Shown one piece after another: positions 8,846 through 18,426 of a DNA stretch of 64,000 nucleotides. The stretch spans positions 16,893 through 80,892 of the forward strand of contig JAWABQ010000002.1 of the NCBI GenBank assembly GCA_038884575.1, in the 5' to 3' direction. Made by a program: the position numbers and the translations under genes. The DNA is from Candidatus Woesearchaeota archaeon. GTDB lineage: Archaea > Nanobdellota > Nanobdellia > Woesearchaeales > ARS49. The notes beneath the pieces were generated by a model. The model was not told the DNA's origin. It was given only the letters and a program-made list of their open reading frames with translations, and did no database searches. Every line of letters begins with the position of its first letter. Positions within the stretch are counted from its first letter, which is position 1.

Positions 8846-8928
8846 TGCGCCGGACAGGATTTGAACCTGCGTAGGCACTAAGCCAACAGCTCTTGAGGCT
8901 GTCCCGTTTTCCGCTCCGGCACCGGCGC
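8846..8928 (-). tRNA. tRNA-Leu(CAA)
   Basis: Reverse complement gives GCGCCGG acceptor, ACAGC-CTCAAGA-GCTGT anticodon arm, long variable arm, GCAGG-TTCAAAT-CCTGT T arm, A73. Confidence 0.96.
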
Positions 8929-9054
8929 GAATAGGTGCATTAGAAATCTCTTTTTCAGTCTTTAAAAATCTATCCTAATTAAATGCATCGACGCAAAGAT
9001 TTCAACAGCCGGCTTTTCCCAAGTTTTTTAAACAGCTTGGGTGTTGCGGTTTTT

Positions 9055-10788
9055 GTGAGAAGAAAACGAGTGCTTTTTGGTGCAGCGTATTCTGTGATTG
9101 AGCCACTTGGGCTTCTCCACCTCGCAGGGCTTGCGCGCGACCTTGGATGGGAGAGGAAGATTGTGCTTGTCAAGGACCATGACTTCATTCCTTTTTTTGA
9201 GAAAGTAAGGGATTTCAGGCCTGACATTATAGGTCTTAATGTCTATACAGGAAATCATATGCAGATGCTTGAGGCGTGCAGGAGGATAAGGGCTGAATTC
9301 CCTGAAACAAGGCTTGCCCTTGGCGGGCCTCATGCAACTTATTTTCCTGCAGAAACAGCGCATTATGCAGACTATGTTGTCATTGGCGAGGGCTTTGGGG
9401 CGCTTAAGGAAATACTCACAAACAGCCCAAAGCAAGGGGTAATCCCAATAACAATGACAGAAAGGTTTCCAATGCCTGACAGGAAGACATTCTACGAAGA
9501 TTACCCTGAGCATGCAAGAAGCAGGATAAAAAGCGCAATAACAACAACAGGACGCCCGTACCAATGCTCATATTGCTATAACAGCAGCAGCCCTGATGAC
9601 ATAAAAGAAGGGCTTGATGTTGACATTTTTTCCAAGATAAGCGGGTCAAGCAGGCTTTTTCCACAAAACACCAGGAGCGTTGATGACCTTATTGCAGAAT
9701 GCAGGGAAATCCGCGAAGGCTGGCCTGAGACAGAGGTGATTTATTTCCAGGATGATGTGCATGCGCTTGACACAAGGCACAATGGCTGGATGGAGCAGTT
9801 CGCAAAAAGGATGCAAAAGGAAGTCGGGCTTCCATACCACGCACAGCTATGCTGGGAAATGATAAACCCGCAGTCGGTCGGGATAAGGCGCCTTGACCTC
9901 CTGCAGGAAGCAGGATGCTTCGGGCTTACTCTTTCAATAGAGGCTGCTGACCCTGTTATCAGGAGGGAAGTGCTAAACAGGAACAATAAGGAGGATCTTA
10001 TGTTCTCTGCAATGAAAGAGCTCATCAAAAGGGGGATGAGGGTAAGGACAGAGCAGATAACAGGGCTGCCTTATGGTGCAACAACAATCCCGACAAGGAT
10101 AAACCTTGATGCTGACCTGCAGCTTGTCGAGCTGAATGTAAGGCTGTTCCAGCTTACAGGAGGGCCTACAATGGCATGGGCATCAACCCTTGCGCCCTAT
10201 AAAAAGACAAAAATCGGCTCTTATTGCGAGCAGTACGGCCATTATGAGGGGCATAACAATGATGTCCCTGACACTTTCTTTGACAGGAGCGTGCTCAGGT
10301 TCCCAAAGCAATGGGTCGGCCCTGAGCTCGCTGCAAGGAAAAGCGACCCTGGCGTCTGGCTCCAGGGCAGCGAGCTTGAGCGTTACAGGGACCAGAATGC
10401 CGAGCTAAGAAACATTTTCAACCTTGCAGCAAGGCTTCCGGGAGGGCACAAGTTTGCAGAAGCATACCTGAAAAGCAAAGAGCAGTTCTCCTTCGAAAGG
10501 CTTGGGCAGGAAATAAGGGAGCACCTTCTTTTCTCATATGACCCTGAGGCAGCAGGCCTTCTGGAAAGCATAAAAGCATTCAGCGCAAAAATACCAGGAA
10601 TTACACAGATTCCTGAGGAGCAGAAATGCCTTTCAAGCCTTGCAGGATATTTTGGGTGCCTGCCGAAAAGCGAGTTTGCTGCCCAGAAATTTTTGGAATA
10701 TTCACGCAGAAAGGGCATAACTCCAAAGAGCCTTTCGACAGCAACAAGGCACCATTTGTATGACAACGTGCTTTACGCAACAAAGTAA
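9055..10788 (+). CDS. B12-binding domain radical SAM protein (first cluster Cys replaced by Arg)
   Basis: EPLGLLHLAG, LGGPHAT, VIGEG cobalamin-binding domain; TGRPYQCSYC where CxxxCxxC is expected; YFQDD. GTG start at 9055 inferred (ORF open from 8983). Confidence 0.85.
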   Translation: MRRKRVLFGAAYSVIEPLGLLHLAGLARDLGWERKIVLVKDHDFIPFFEKVRDFRPDIIGLNVYTGNHMQMLEACRRIRAEFPETRLALGGPHATYFPAETAHYADYVVIGEGFGALKEILTNSPKQGVIPITMTERFPMPDRKTFYEDYPEHARSRIKSAITTTGRPYQCSYCYNSSSPDDIKEGLDVDIFSKISGSSRLFPQNTRSVDDLIAECREIREGWPETEVIYFQDDVHALDTRHNGWMEQFAKRMQKEVGLPYHAQLCWEMINPQSVGIRRLDLLQEAGCFGLTLSIEAADPVIRREVLNRNNKEDLMFSAMKELIKRGMRVRTEQITGLPYGATTIPTRINLDADLQLVELNVRLFQLTGGPTMAWASTLAPYKKTKIGSYCEQYGHYEGHNNDVPDTFFDRSVLRFPKQWVGPELAARKSDPGVWLQGSELERYRDQNAELRNIFNLAARLPGGHKFAEAYLKSKEQFSFERLGQEIREHLLFSYDPEAAGLLESIKAFSAKIPGITQIPEEQKCLSSLAGYFGCLPKSEFAAQKFLEYSRRKGITPKSLSTATRHHLYDNVLYATK

Positions 10789-10790
10789 TT

Positions 10791-11993
10791 TCAGCCAAGA
10801 ATATTTTTTGCAGCAGCTATGACTTCATCCTCTGTTATAAGGTTCATGCACTCATTCGGGCTGTCCTTTCTCGGGCACACAGCCCTTGCGCAATAGCTGC
10901 ACGGCAGGCATTTGACAATAACCCTGCGCCTTGGGCTTTCATAACTGCAGATTGACGGCGGTATTGGACCAAAGAGCACAACGGCAGGGGTTTTTAGGCA
11001 TGCTGAAAAATGATCAAGTGAGGTGTCAGGGCAGAGCACAAGGCTTGATTTTGACACAAGAGCCAGAAACTGCCTTATTGTGGTCTTTCCTGCAAGGACA
11101 ACAGGCTTGTGAACCATTTGTGATGCAATTTTTTCACACTCAGGAATGTCTGCACTGCTGCCTGTCAGGAACACAGAGCAGCCATGGTCTGCCAAGGCAT
11201 CACCAACCTTTGCCCAACGCTCGGCAAGCCAGTACTTGTTCGGCCTCCCTGTCCCGGGATTGATAAGGACTATGCGCCTTGTTTTTTTGCCAACAAGCAT
11301 TTCTGCATGGTGTCTGTCAGCATTTGCATAATGCAGCTTCAGCGCCTGCAAAGGCGTTTTTTCCCTGAAGCCAAGCGCCCTTATTATGTTGGTGTTGGTC
11401 TCAACAAGGTGGTCAAACACCGGATAAGGCACGACCTTGTTCAGCAAAAAGCCAAAACCCCTTAAGCCATAGCCGATTCTGTAGCCGCCGATAACCGTGG
11501 CAGCAAGTATGTTGCGAGGGTCTGCATGGAACTCTATGACCAAATCGTATTTTTCCTTCCTGAGCTTCAGCAAAAATTTCAGGGTTTTCAGCAGGCCCGC
11601 CTTTTTATCGCGCGCAAACCACGGAGGGTCAAACGGGATAACCTTGTCCACATCCCTATTTTTGTAAAAAAGCTCCTGTACAAAGCTGCGCACAAGCGTG
11701 TGGATTTCTGCCTTTGGGTAAAGCCTGCGCACAGCAGCATAGGCAGGCAGGGTCATGACGACATCGCCAAGGTGGTCAAGCCTTATCATGAGTATTTTTT
11801 TCGGGTTTTGGGGCTGCCTCGCAAGCTTTGTGGCAAAAAACAAGATATTGCCTGCAATGTCAGCCAGCGCAAGAAATGGCTTGTAAACAGGCTTTACGTG
11901 GTATTTTGGCGCCTTTCCCTTAAGGGGCACTGTGCCATAAGTGTTTTTGTACCTGTTGTGCCCAGGAACCAGAGGGAATAGTTTCAGGTCCAT
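10791..11993 (-). CDS. glycosyltransferase family 9 (heptosyltransferase-like)
   Basis: IRLDHLGDVVMTLP, INPGT...KYW, LAGKTT, PDTS..H and VLFGP motifs. Confidence 0.92.
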   Translation of the reverse strand: MDLKLFPLVPGHNRYKNTYGTVPLKGKAPKYHVKPVYKPFLALADIAGNILFFATKLARQPQNPKKILMIRLDHLGDVVMTLPAYAAVRRLYPKAEIHTLVRSFVQELFYKNRDVDKVIPFDPPWFARDKKAGLLKTLKFLLKLRKEKYDLVIEFHADPRNILAATVIGGYRIGYGLRGFGFLLNKVVPYPVFDHLVETNTNIIRALGFREKTPLQALKLHYANADRHHAEMLVGKKTRRIVLINPGTGRPNKYWLAERWAKVGDALADHGCSVFLTGSSADIPECEKIASQMVHKPVVLAGKTTIRQFLALVSKSSLVLCPDTSLDHFSACLKTPAVVLFGPIPPSICSYESPRRRVIVKCLPCSYCARAVCPRKDSPNECMNLITEDEVIAAAKNILG

Positions 11994-12040
11994 TGCCAAT
12001 ACCCTGTGTTTTCTGCTTTTAAACATTATGGACTGAAAAC

Positions 12041-12418
12041 TTATTCCAAAGAACTCAGCCTGCTTTCAATCTTTTCCAGCTCCTCCTGCAGGATGTCTAA
12101 TTTGGATTTGGGCCGCGCCGTTTCAGGCGCCGGACCCATGATGGATTCATCCTCTCCTTCCCGCGCTAATTCGTGAGATTCAGCCTTGAAAGGGACCTTT
12201 GGCATCTTGTTCCTCAGCCTCCTGTTGAGCGACTGCAGGCTGTCAACAACTTGCTTCAGTTCGGCAAGGGCCTTTTGCTTTTCATCAGAGGTCCTCCTGT
12301 ACTCCTCATACCTCCTGAGGACGTCAAGCACGTCTTTTGTTGACATAAGAACATCCCTGCGGGTGGCAGAAGGCTCCCTGAGCTCCACAAAAAGCAGGTC
12401 TGTTTCTGGTTTTTTCAT
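12041..12418 (-). CDS. hypothetical coiled-coil protein
   Basis: LFVELREP followed by long helices; overlaps the upstream ORF by 4 nt. Confidence 0.8.
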   Translation of the reverse strand: MKKPETDLLFVELREPSATRRDVLMSTKDVLDVLRRYEEYRRTSDEKQKALAELKQVVDSLQSLNRRLRNKMPKVPFKAESHELAREGEDESIMGPAPETARPKSKLDILQEELEKIESRLSSLE

Positions 12419-12645
12419 GGCTGCGGTTCCAAAAGCGATTTGCTTATTGACGAAAGCCTTTCATCAACGTCGTCGATGTCTTTTGCCCATGCCTCTATCT
12501 GCTGGTCTTCAAGCTGCTTGAGCTCGTTTACTTTCGCAAGCAGAGCCCTTGCCTGGTCAAGCTTCCTCCTGACAGTGTCAAGCAGGTCAAGAATTGACTT
12601 GTACTCCTCGACTTTCACGAAAACCGGCGCCCTTTGATCGTCCAT
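12415..12645 (-). CDS. small hypothetical coiled-coil protein
   Basis: PVFVKVEEY plus heptads; SD AGGTGA upstream. Confidence 0.8.
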   Translation of the reverse strand: MDDQRAPVFVKVEEYKSILDLLDTVRRKLDQARALLAKVNELKQLEDQQIEAWAKDIDDVDERLSSISKSLLEPQP

Positions 12646-12651
12646 TTTGAT

Positions 12652-13224
12652 TCACCTTCGCGACTTTGCAATAACCCTGTCAATCTGCCCAAGCTTGCGC
12701 TCTATTTCCTCAAGCTGCGAGCGCCACTTGTCAAACACCTTTTCCTCCTCTGCCCTGATTTCAGACAGGCGGTGCACAAAATTATCAGCCTCATCAAGCT
12801 TTTCCCTTACGCGGTTTGAGTGGTCCATGATTGTGCGGTATTCGTCAACAGCAACAAATGCAGTGCCGATTGGCTTCCTTATTGTCTCGCGCTCAGGAAT
12901 CTCCACCTCTTCAGCAGGCGCTTCCTCGGCAGGCTTTGGCTCAATGCGGGTTGGCTCCTCTGGCATTGGCTCTTCAACAGGCTCAGGAAGCTCTGGCATT
13001 TCAGGCGCAGGGGCTTCTGGCAGCCCTGCAGGAAGTTCTTCAGGCTGGGGAATTTCCTGCGGTTCAGGAATTTCAGGAGCTTCCTCGGGAAGCGCAATCT
13101 CCTTAGGCACTTCAGGCGCCTTTATGCTGGGAATGTCGCCTGCAGGCATTGGAAATTCTGGAGGAGAAGGCGGTGGCGGGAGTTCTGGCAGCGATGGCCT
13201 CTTCTTTTTGAATAATCCGAACAT
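12652..13224 (-). CDS. Pro/Glu-rich linker plus coiled-coil protein
   Basis: MFGLFKKK N-terminus, PE-rich linker, C-terminal domain similar to 12415..12645. Confidence 0.8.
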   Translation of the reverse strand: MFGLFKKKRPSLPELPPPPSPPEFPMPAGDIPSIKAPEVPKEIALPEEAPEIPEPQEIPQPEELPAGLPEAPAPEMPELPEPVEEPMPEEPTRIEPKPAEEAPAEEVEIPERETIRKPIGTAFVAVDEYRTIMDHSNRVREKLDEADNFVHRLSEIRAEEEKVFDKWRSQLEEIERKLGQIDRVIAKSRR

Positions 13225-13359
13225 TGTTCCCACACCCAGATAGTGATGCTCATTCCTTTGCTTCATAAACTTTTATTAGCACTCCCGAATGGTGTCAAAA
13301 CGTATTCCAGACCACAACAAAGCTTTAATAGCAGGGAATATCAGTAACAATCTTCTTAG

Positions 13360-13854
13360 ATGGAAACAAATGCAATAAAAAGCCCAAAGGCTGTTTCTTT
13401 GGCTGAAGTCGTCTCTGATGTGAAAGCGGCTTATAAGGATGACAAGGATTTGGCGCCCTTTGCCGAGATGCTCTGGCAATGCATTTACGAGCAGATTCCA
13501 TGCCTTGACTACAGCACAGAAGAAAAGCCTGATGAAGAAAACTGCAGCCCTGAAGGTTATGCTGCTGCAAAAGGCAATCCTGACATATGCGCAGCCCTGA
13601 AAGACTGCCTTGTCAGGGCAGGAATGCCTGACTGCACAGCAACCTTGCGGGTGGTTTTGCCTGCGTTCTGGTTTGTGAGCAGGCAAGGTGTGCTGGAAAC
13701 GTGCCAGATGCGGAAGAACAAGGGATACCTTTGGGCGCTGGACAGGGAAAAACACAACAATGCAAGAAGCGCATACGGGGCAGAATTTGAGGCGCAAAAG
13801 CCTTACATTCTCAGCAACCTCGTGATTGCCCTTGGCAGCAAGCAAAACTTATAA
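13360..13854 (+). CDS. hypothetical Cys-containing protein
   Basis: 164-aa ORF with a TATA-like box about 30 nt upstream; no recognised family. Confidence 0.55.
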   Translation: METNAIKSPKAVSLAEVVSDVKAAYKDDKDLAPFAEMLWQCIYEQIPCLDYSTEEKPDEENCSPEGYAAAKGNPDICAALKDCLVRAGMPDCTATLRVVLPAFWFVSRQGVLETCQMRKNKGYLWALDREKHNNARSAYGAEFEAQKPYILSNLVIALGSKQNL

Positions 13855-13879
13855 ATAGCCCTCAAAGTGCAGGGGGAGT

Positions 13880-14440
13880 ATGGCAGACGCAGTTCTCGCA
13901 CGCGTAATCATTGAAATGCTCGGCGCGCCAAAAGAGCACATCGAGAAGACAATGAGGGACTATATTGACAAGCTCAAGAAGGAGCAGGCAGTCCTCAAGT
14001 CAGACATCGCAGAGGCGCAGCCAGAGCAGGAAGGAAAAATATTTGGCACGCACGCAGAGCTCGAGATAAAATTTGATGACCTTGCAGACCTGCTTGACTT
14101 CTGCTTTGAAAGCATGCCAAGCTCTGTCGAGGTAGTTGAGCCAGGCACTCTTTCAATACCGCTGAACAAGCTCAACGGGTTTTTGAATGACCTGCAGGCA
14201 AGGCTCCACGAGGCAGACGCAATAGTCAAGACTGGCAAGATAAGGCAGCAAATCCTTGACACGAATGCAACAAACATATTCAGGAGGTTTTTGATTGCGA
14301 TGGTGGAGCACGGACACCTGACAGCAAGCGAGATGTCGCACTATGTCGGAGTGCACCCGAGCAAGCTTGTGCCGTTCCTTGACAAGCTGGTTGAGGAGAA
14401 AAAGCTGAAAAAAGAAGGCGAAAAATACTCAATACCATGA
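13880..14440 (+). CDS. hypothetical protein with C-terminal winged-helix-like domain
   Basis: IIEMLGAPKEHI...F..MPSSVEV N-terminal domain; C-terminal HTH-like LTASEMSHYVGV...LDKLVEEKKL; overlaps scpB start. Confidence 0.75.
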   Translation: MADAVLARVIIEMLGAPKEHIEKTMRDYIDKLKKEQAVLKSDIAEAQPEQEGKIFGTHAELEIKFDDLADLLDFCFESMPSSVEVVEPGTLSIPLNKLNGFLNDLQARLHEADAIVKTGKIRQQILDTNATNIFRRFLIAMVEHGHLTASEMSHYVGVHPSKLVPFLDKLVEEKKLKKEGEKYSIP

Positions 14441-15675
14441 GCGAGCTAAAAAACCAGGTTGAGTCCCTGCTGTTTTCTGCAGGCAAAAGGCTTACTATTG
14501 AAGAGCTTGGAAGGCTTTGCAAAGAGGAAAACCTTGATGCCATCAGGGTTGCAGTTGGGCTCTTGAAAAAAGAGCTTGATGACAAGCAAAGCTCGCTTAT
14601 GCTTGTCGAGGAAGGGGGAGCTTACAAGCTGACTGTGCGGGAAAAATACATCCCTATGGTGAAAAAGGTTGTCACGACTCCTGAACTGCCAAAAAGCATA
14701 ATGGAAACGCTTGCAGTCGTCGCGTACAAGGCGCCTGTGCTGCAGAGCCAGGTCATAAAGATACGCACGAACAAGGCATACAGGCACCTTGACGAAATAG
14801 AGGAGATGGGATATATCACAAGGGAAAAAAAGGGAAGAAGCAAGCTCATCAAGCTCACTCCGAAATTCTTTGACTATTTTGACGTTCCGCCTGACAAATT
14901 AAAGGAGAAATTCCACAATGTTGCTGCGCTTGAAAAGGCAATAGAGGAAAAGGAAAAATCCATAGAGCAGGCGCAGCAGGCAATTATTGAGGCAGCCAAG
15001 GAAAGCAAGCCGCAGTCAGAAATCGTTACAAATGAACTGCCCAAATTAGCGCCTGAAATTGAGGTCATTGGAGGAAAAATCGGAGAGCTTGAGACATACG
15101 GCGAAGCGCCAAAGCCAAAGAAAAAGCACAAGAAAAAGAAGGGAAAAGAGGAGGAAAAGCCAAAAACACAGGAAGAGGCAGCAGAAGCGCTCGCGGCAAA
15201 GATTCTCGGCGAGGCAGGAATTGAAACTCCAGAAGCAACACCAGAGGAAGAATCTGAAATAGAGGAAGAAGGCAGATTAACAGTTGAAAAAATAAAAAAA
15301 GAGGCAGAAAAGGCAAAGCCTGCAAAGACAGCATACACGCCAACAGGGCTTTTCCCAGAAGGAGTGCCGCCAGAAGTCGAGGAAAAAATAGAGCACAGGA
15401 TGGCAGAAATAGTCGAAGGCGAAAAGCCAAAGCCGGAAGAAGGAGAATTTCCTGAACCGCCAGAAACACTCCCTGCGCCGCCAGAAGAAGAAACACCTGA
15501 AGAAGCAGCAGAAGAAGTTGAGTCAGAAGAAGCAAAGCCAGAGGAAGAAAAACCTGCAGAGGAAGCTTCTGAAGGGGAAGAAAAAGAAGAAGAGCCTGCT
15601 GAGGAGGAAGCAGAGGAAGAACATCCTGCTCCAGAGCCAGAAGAACTGCCGAAAAAGCACAAGAGGCACCACTAA
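14437..15675 (+). CDS. scpB: segregation/condensation protein ScpB with long acidic tail
   Basis: VESLLFSAG, ETLAVVAYKAPV, IR...Y.HL..L...G.I and LTPKFFDYF motifs. Confidence 0.93.
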   Translation: MSELKNQVESLLFSAGKRLTIEELGRLCKEENLDAIRVAVGLLKKELDDKQSSLMLVEEGGAYKLTVREKYIPMVKKVVTTPELPKSIMETLAVVAYKAPVLQSQVIKIRTNKAYRHLDEIEEMGYITREKKGRSKLIKLTPKFFDYFDVPPDKLKEKFHNVAALEKAIEEKEKSIEQAQQAIIEAAKESKPQSEIVTNELPKLAPEIEVIGGKIGELETYGEAPKPKKKHKKKKGKEEEKPKTQEEAAEALAAKILGEAGIETPEATPEEESEIEEEGRLTVEKIKKEAEKAKPAKTAYTPTGLFPEGVPPEVEEKIEHRMAEIVEGEKPKPEEGEFPEPPETLPAPPEEETPEEAAEEVESEEAKPEEEKPAEEASEGEEKEEEPAEEEAEEEHPAPEPEELPKKHKRHH

Positions 15676-15676
15676 T

Positions 15677-15826
15677 ATGCTAAGATTTGAGCTGAAATGC
15701 CCACAGTGCGGACACCACATGAAGTATGAGGCAAGAGACAGCATACTGACTAATAAGATAAAGAAATGCGTCTATTGCGGAAAGAATTTCAGGGTAAAAA
15801 ACAGCATTGTAAAACAGCTTTTCTGA
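15677..15826 (+). CDS. small zinc-ribbon protein
   Basis: MLRFELKCPQCG...KKCVYCGKNF, 49 aa, two CxxC pairs. Confidence 0.75.
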   Translation: MLRFELKCPQCGHHMKYEARDSILTNKIKKCVYCGKNFRVKNSIVKQLF

Positions 15827-15960
15827 ATTCTTCGTCGAGCCAAAACTGTCTAAAACAAGCGTTATACTGGCTATAAGCGGGTTTTAGAAAAGAAAGGCTT
15901 ATAAAGGGTGGGCAATTCTAATTTATCGACGAGAAAAGGGGAGTTTCTCGACGACCAATT

Positions 15961-18426
15961 ATGGCAGAAGCCAGTGAGCAGATTAAAACACCCGCAAACA
16001 AGATTGTTGTAAGGGTTATTGAAGATGAGATGAAGAAGTCTTACCTAGATTATTCCATGTCAGTCATTGTTGGCCGCGCGCTTCCTGATGTCCGCGACGG
16101 CCTGAAGCCTGTGCACAGGCGCGTTCTTTTCGGGATGTACGAAATGGGAATGCTCCACAACAAGCCGTTCAAGAAGTGCGCACGCATTGTTGGAGACGTA
16201 ATGGGCAAATACCACCCGCACGGAGACGCAGCAATCTATGACACGCTTGTAAGGATGGCTCAGGATTTCTCGCTCAGGTATGTTCTTGTTGACGGACAGG
16301 GAAATTTCGGAAGCATTGACGGCGACAATGCAGCAGCAATGCGTTACACAGAGGCAAGGCTCAAGAAGATTGCTGAAGAGATTTTGCAGGACATAGACAA
16401 GGAAACAGTTGATTTTGTCCCAAACTATGACGGCTCACTGAAAGAGCCTTCTGTACTGCCAAGCAAAGTGCCAAATCTGCTCATAAACGGCTCAGCAGGA
16501 ATTGCAGTCGGAATGGCAACAAACATACCGCCGCACAACCTCAAAGAGGTCTGCGGGGCAGTGGCGCACTTTATTGACCACCCAGCATGCACAGTGCAGG
16601 ACCTGATGATTAACATTCCGGCTCCGGATTTCCCTACAGGCGGCATAATAATGGGCACCTCCGGCATAAAGGAGGCATACTCGACAGGAAGGGGAAAAAT
16701 AACAGTAAGGGCAAGAACAAGCATAGAGGACTACAGGCAAAGGCAGCGCATCATAGTCACAGAAATCCCATACCAGGTAAACAAGTCACAGCTTATTGAG
16801 GAAATAGCAGAGCTAGTCAAGGACAAGAAAATACAGGGCATTTCTGACATCCGCGACGAATCAGACAGGGAGGGAATGCGAATAGTGATTGAGCTCAAGA
16901 CAGGAGCAAATTCTGACGTTGTGCTTAACCAGTTATTCCAGCACTCAAGGCTGCAGGTAACTTTTGGCATCATAATGCTTGCCCTTGACAAAAATGAGCC
17001 CCAAATAATGCCCCTGAAGACGCTTATTGAGAAATTCGTTCTCCACAGGCAGGAAGTTGTCAGGAAAAGGACAGCATTTGACCTCAAGGAGGCAGAGCAA
17101 AAAGCTCACATTCTGGAAGGATTGATTGTTGCCCTGAACAACATTGACCCGATAGTTGCATTCTTGAAGAAAAGCAAGGACACTGCTGCTGCAAAGACCG
17201 GGCTGATGGCTGACTACAAGCTCACAGAAGTCCAGGCGCAGGCAATCCTTGAAATGAAGTTGTCAAGGCTCACTTCCCTTGAGCAGAACAAGATAAAAGA
17301 AGAGCACACAGGGCTTTTGAAACTAATTGCAGAACTGAAAAGCATACTTGCAGACCCGCAAAAAATACTGAACATAATCAAGAACGAAATGCTTGAGCTA
17401 ACAAGGAACTACGGCGACAACAGAAAAACACAGGTCATACAGACAGAAGCAGCTGCAATAGAGGAAGAGCACCTCATAAAGCCAGAAGACATGGTAGTCA
17501 CACTGACACACGCAGGATATGTCAAGAGACTGCCTGTTGACACATACCAGGCGCAAAAAAGAGGCGGAAAAGGAGTCATTGCAGCAGAAACAAAAGAAGA
17601 GGACTTTGTAGAGGATTTGTTTATCGCGAATACGCACGATTACTTGTTGCTGTTCACGAATTTGGGCAAGGTCCACTGGCTCAAGGTATATCAGATACCA
17701 GAGGCAGGAAGGTATGCAAAGGGAACAGCGATTGTTAATTTGCTTGAGCTTGCGCAGGGCGAAAAAGTAGCAACCTGCGTGCCAGTAAAAGACTTCCCAG
17801 AAGACAAATTCCTGTTCCTCGTAACAAAGCAAGGCACAGTCAAGAAAACACCGCTTTCAGAATTCGCAAACCCGCGCAAAGGAGGAATAATCTCAGTCAC
17901 ACTTACAGAAGGCGATGAATTAATGGCAGTTGAGCTCACAGATGGAAAGCAAGACATCATTATTGCAACAAGAGATGGAAACGCAATCAGGTTCAACGAA
18001 TCAGACGTCCGCCCAATGGGAAGGACAGCACAAGGAGTAATAGGAATACGCCTTCGTGAGAAAGACGAAGTCATCGGGGCAGTGCTGGCGCAAAAAGAAA
18101 AGACATTATTGACTGTGACAGAGCTCGGCTACGGAAAACGCTCAGCATTTGAGGAATACAGCACAATACGCAGGGGCGGCGTTGGAGTCATAAACATCAA
18201 AGTGACTGACAAGAACGGAAAGGCAGTCGCAATAAAGACAGTAAAAGACGATGACCAGCTGCTCCTGATAACACAGAGCGGAATAGCAATAAGGGTTCCT
18301 GCAAACCAGATTTCAGTAATAGGAAGAAACACCCAAGGAGTCAGGATAATAAAGCTTGGTGAAGGCGACAAGGTCACTTCTGTAGCAGTTGTGCAGGAAA
18401 AAGAAAACGGCAATGGAGCACAATGA
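15961..18426 (+). CDS. gyrA: DNA gyrase subunit A
   Basis: [30 protein letters not shown] (catalytic Tyr), GyrA box QKRGGKG, beta-pinwheel repeats. Confidence 0.98.
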   Translation: MAEASEQIKTPANKIVVRVIEDEMKKSYLDYSMSVIVGRALPDVRDGLKPVHRRVLFGMYEMGMLHNKPFKKCARIVGDVMGKYHPHGDAAIYDTLVRMAQDFSLRYVLVDGQGNFGSIDGDNAAAMRYTEARLKKIAEEILQDIDKETVDFVPNYDGSLKEPSVLPSKVPNLLINGSAGIAVGMATNIPPHNLKEVCGAVAHFIDHPACTVQDLMINIPAPDFPTGGIIMGTSGIKEAYSTGRGKITVRARTSIEDYRQRQRIIVTEIPYQVNKSQLIEEIAELVKDKKIQGISDIRDESDREGMRIVIELKTGANSDVVLNQLFQHSRLQVTFGIIMLALDKNEPQIMPLKTLIEKFVLHRQEVVRKRTAFDLKEAEQKAHILEGLIVALNNIDPIVAFLKKSKDTAAAKTGLMADYKLTEVQAQAILEMKLSRLTSLEQNKIKEEHTGLLKLIAELKSILADPQKILNIIKNEMLELTRNYGDNRKTQVIQTEAAAIEEEHLIKPEDMVVTLTHAGYVKRLPVDTYQAQKRGGKGVIAAETKEEDFVEDLFIANTHDYLLLFTNLGKVHWLKVYQIPEAGRYAKGTAIVNLLELAQGEKVATCVPVKDFPEDKFLFLVTKQGTVKKTPLSEFANPRKGGIISVTLTEGDELMAVELTDGKQDIIIATRDGNAIRFNESDVRPMGRTAQGVIGIRLREKDEVIGAVLAQKEKTLLTVTELGYGKRSAFEEYSTIRRGGVGVINIKVTDKNGKAVAIKTVKDDDQLLLITQSGIAIRVPANQISVIGRNTQGVRIIKLGEGDKVTSVAVVQEKENGNGAQ

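Noticed and set aside
12647..13243. Ser/Gly-rich plus-strand ORF
   Set aside because: Antisense of the Pro/Glu-rich linker gene.
14874..15662. 262-aa Ser-rich minus-strand ORF and GAA-rich repeats
   Set aside because: Antisense shadow of the ScpB acidic tail; the repeats are codon-level low complexity, not an array.
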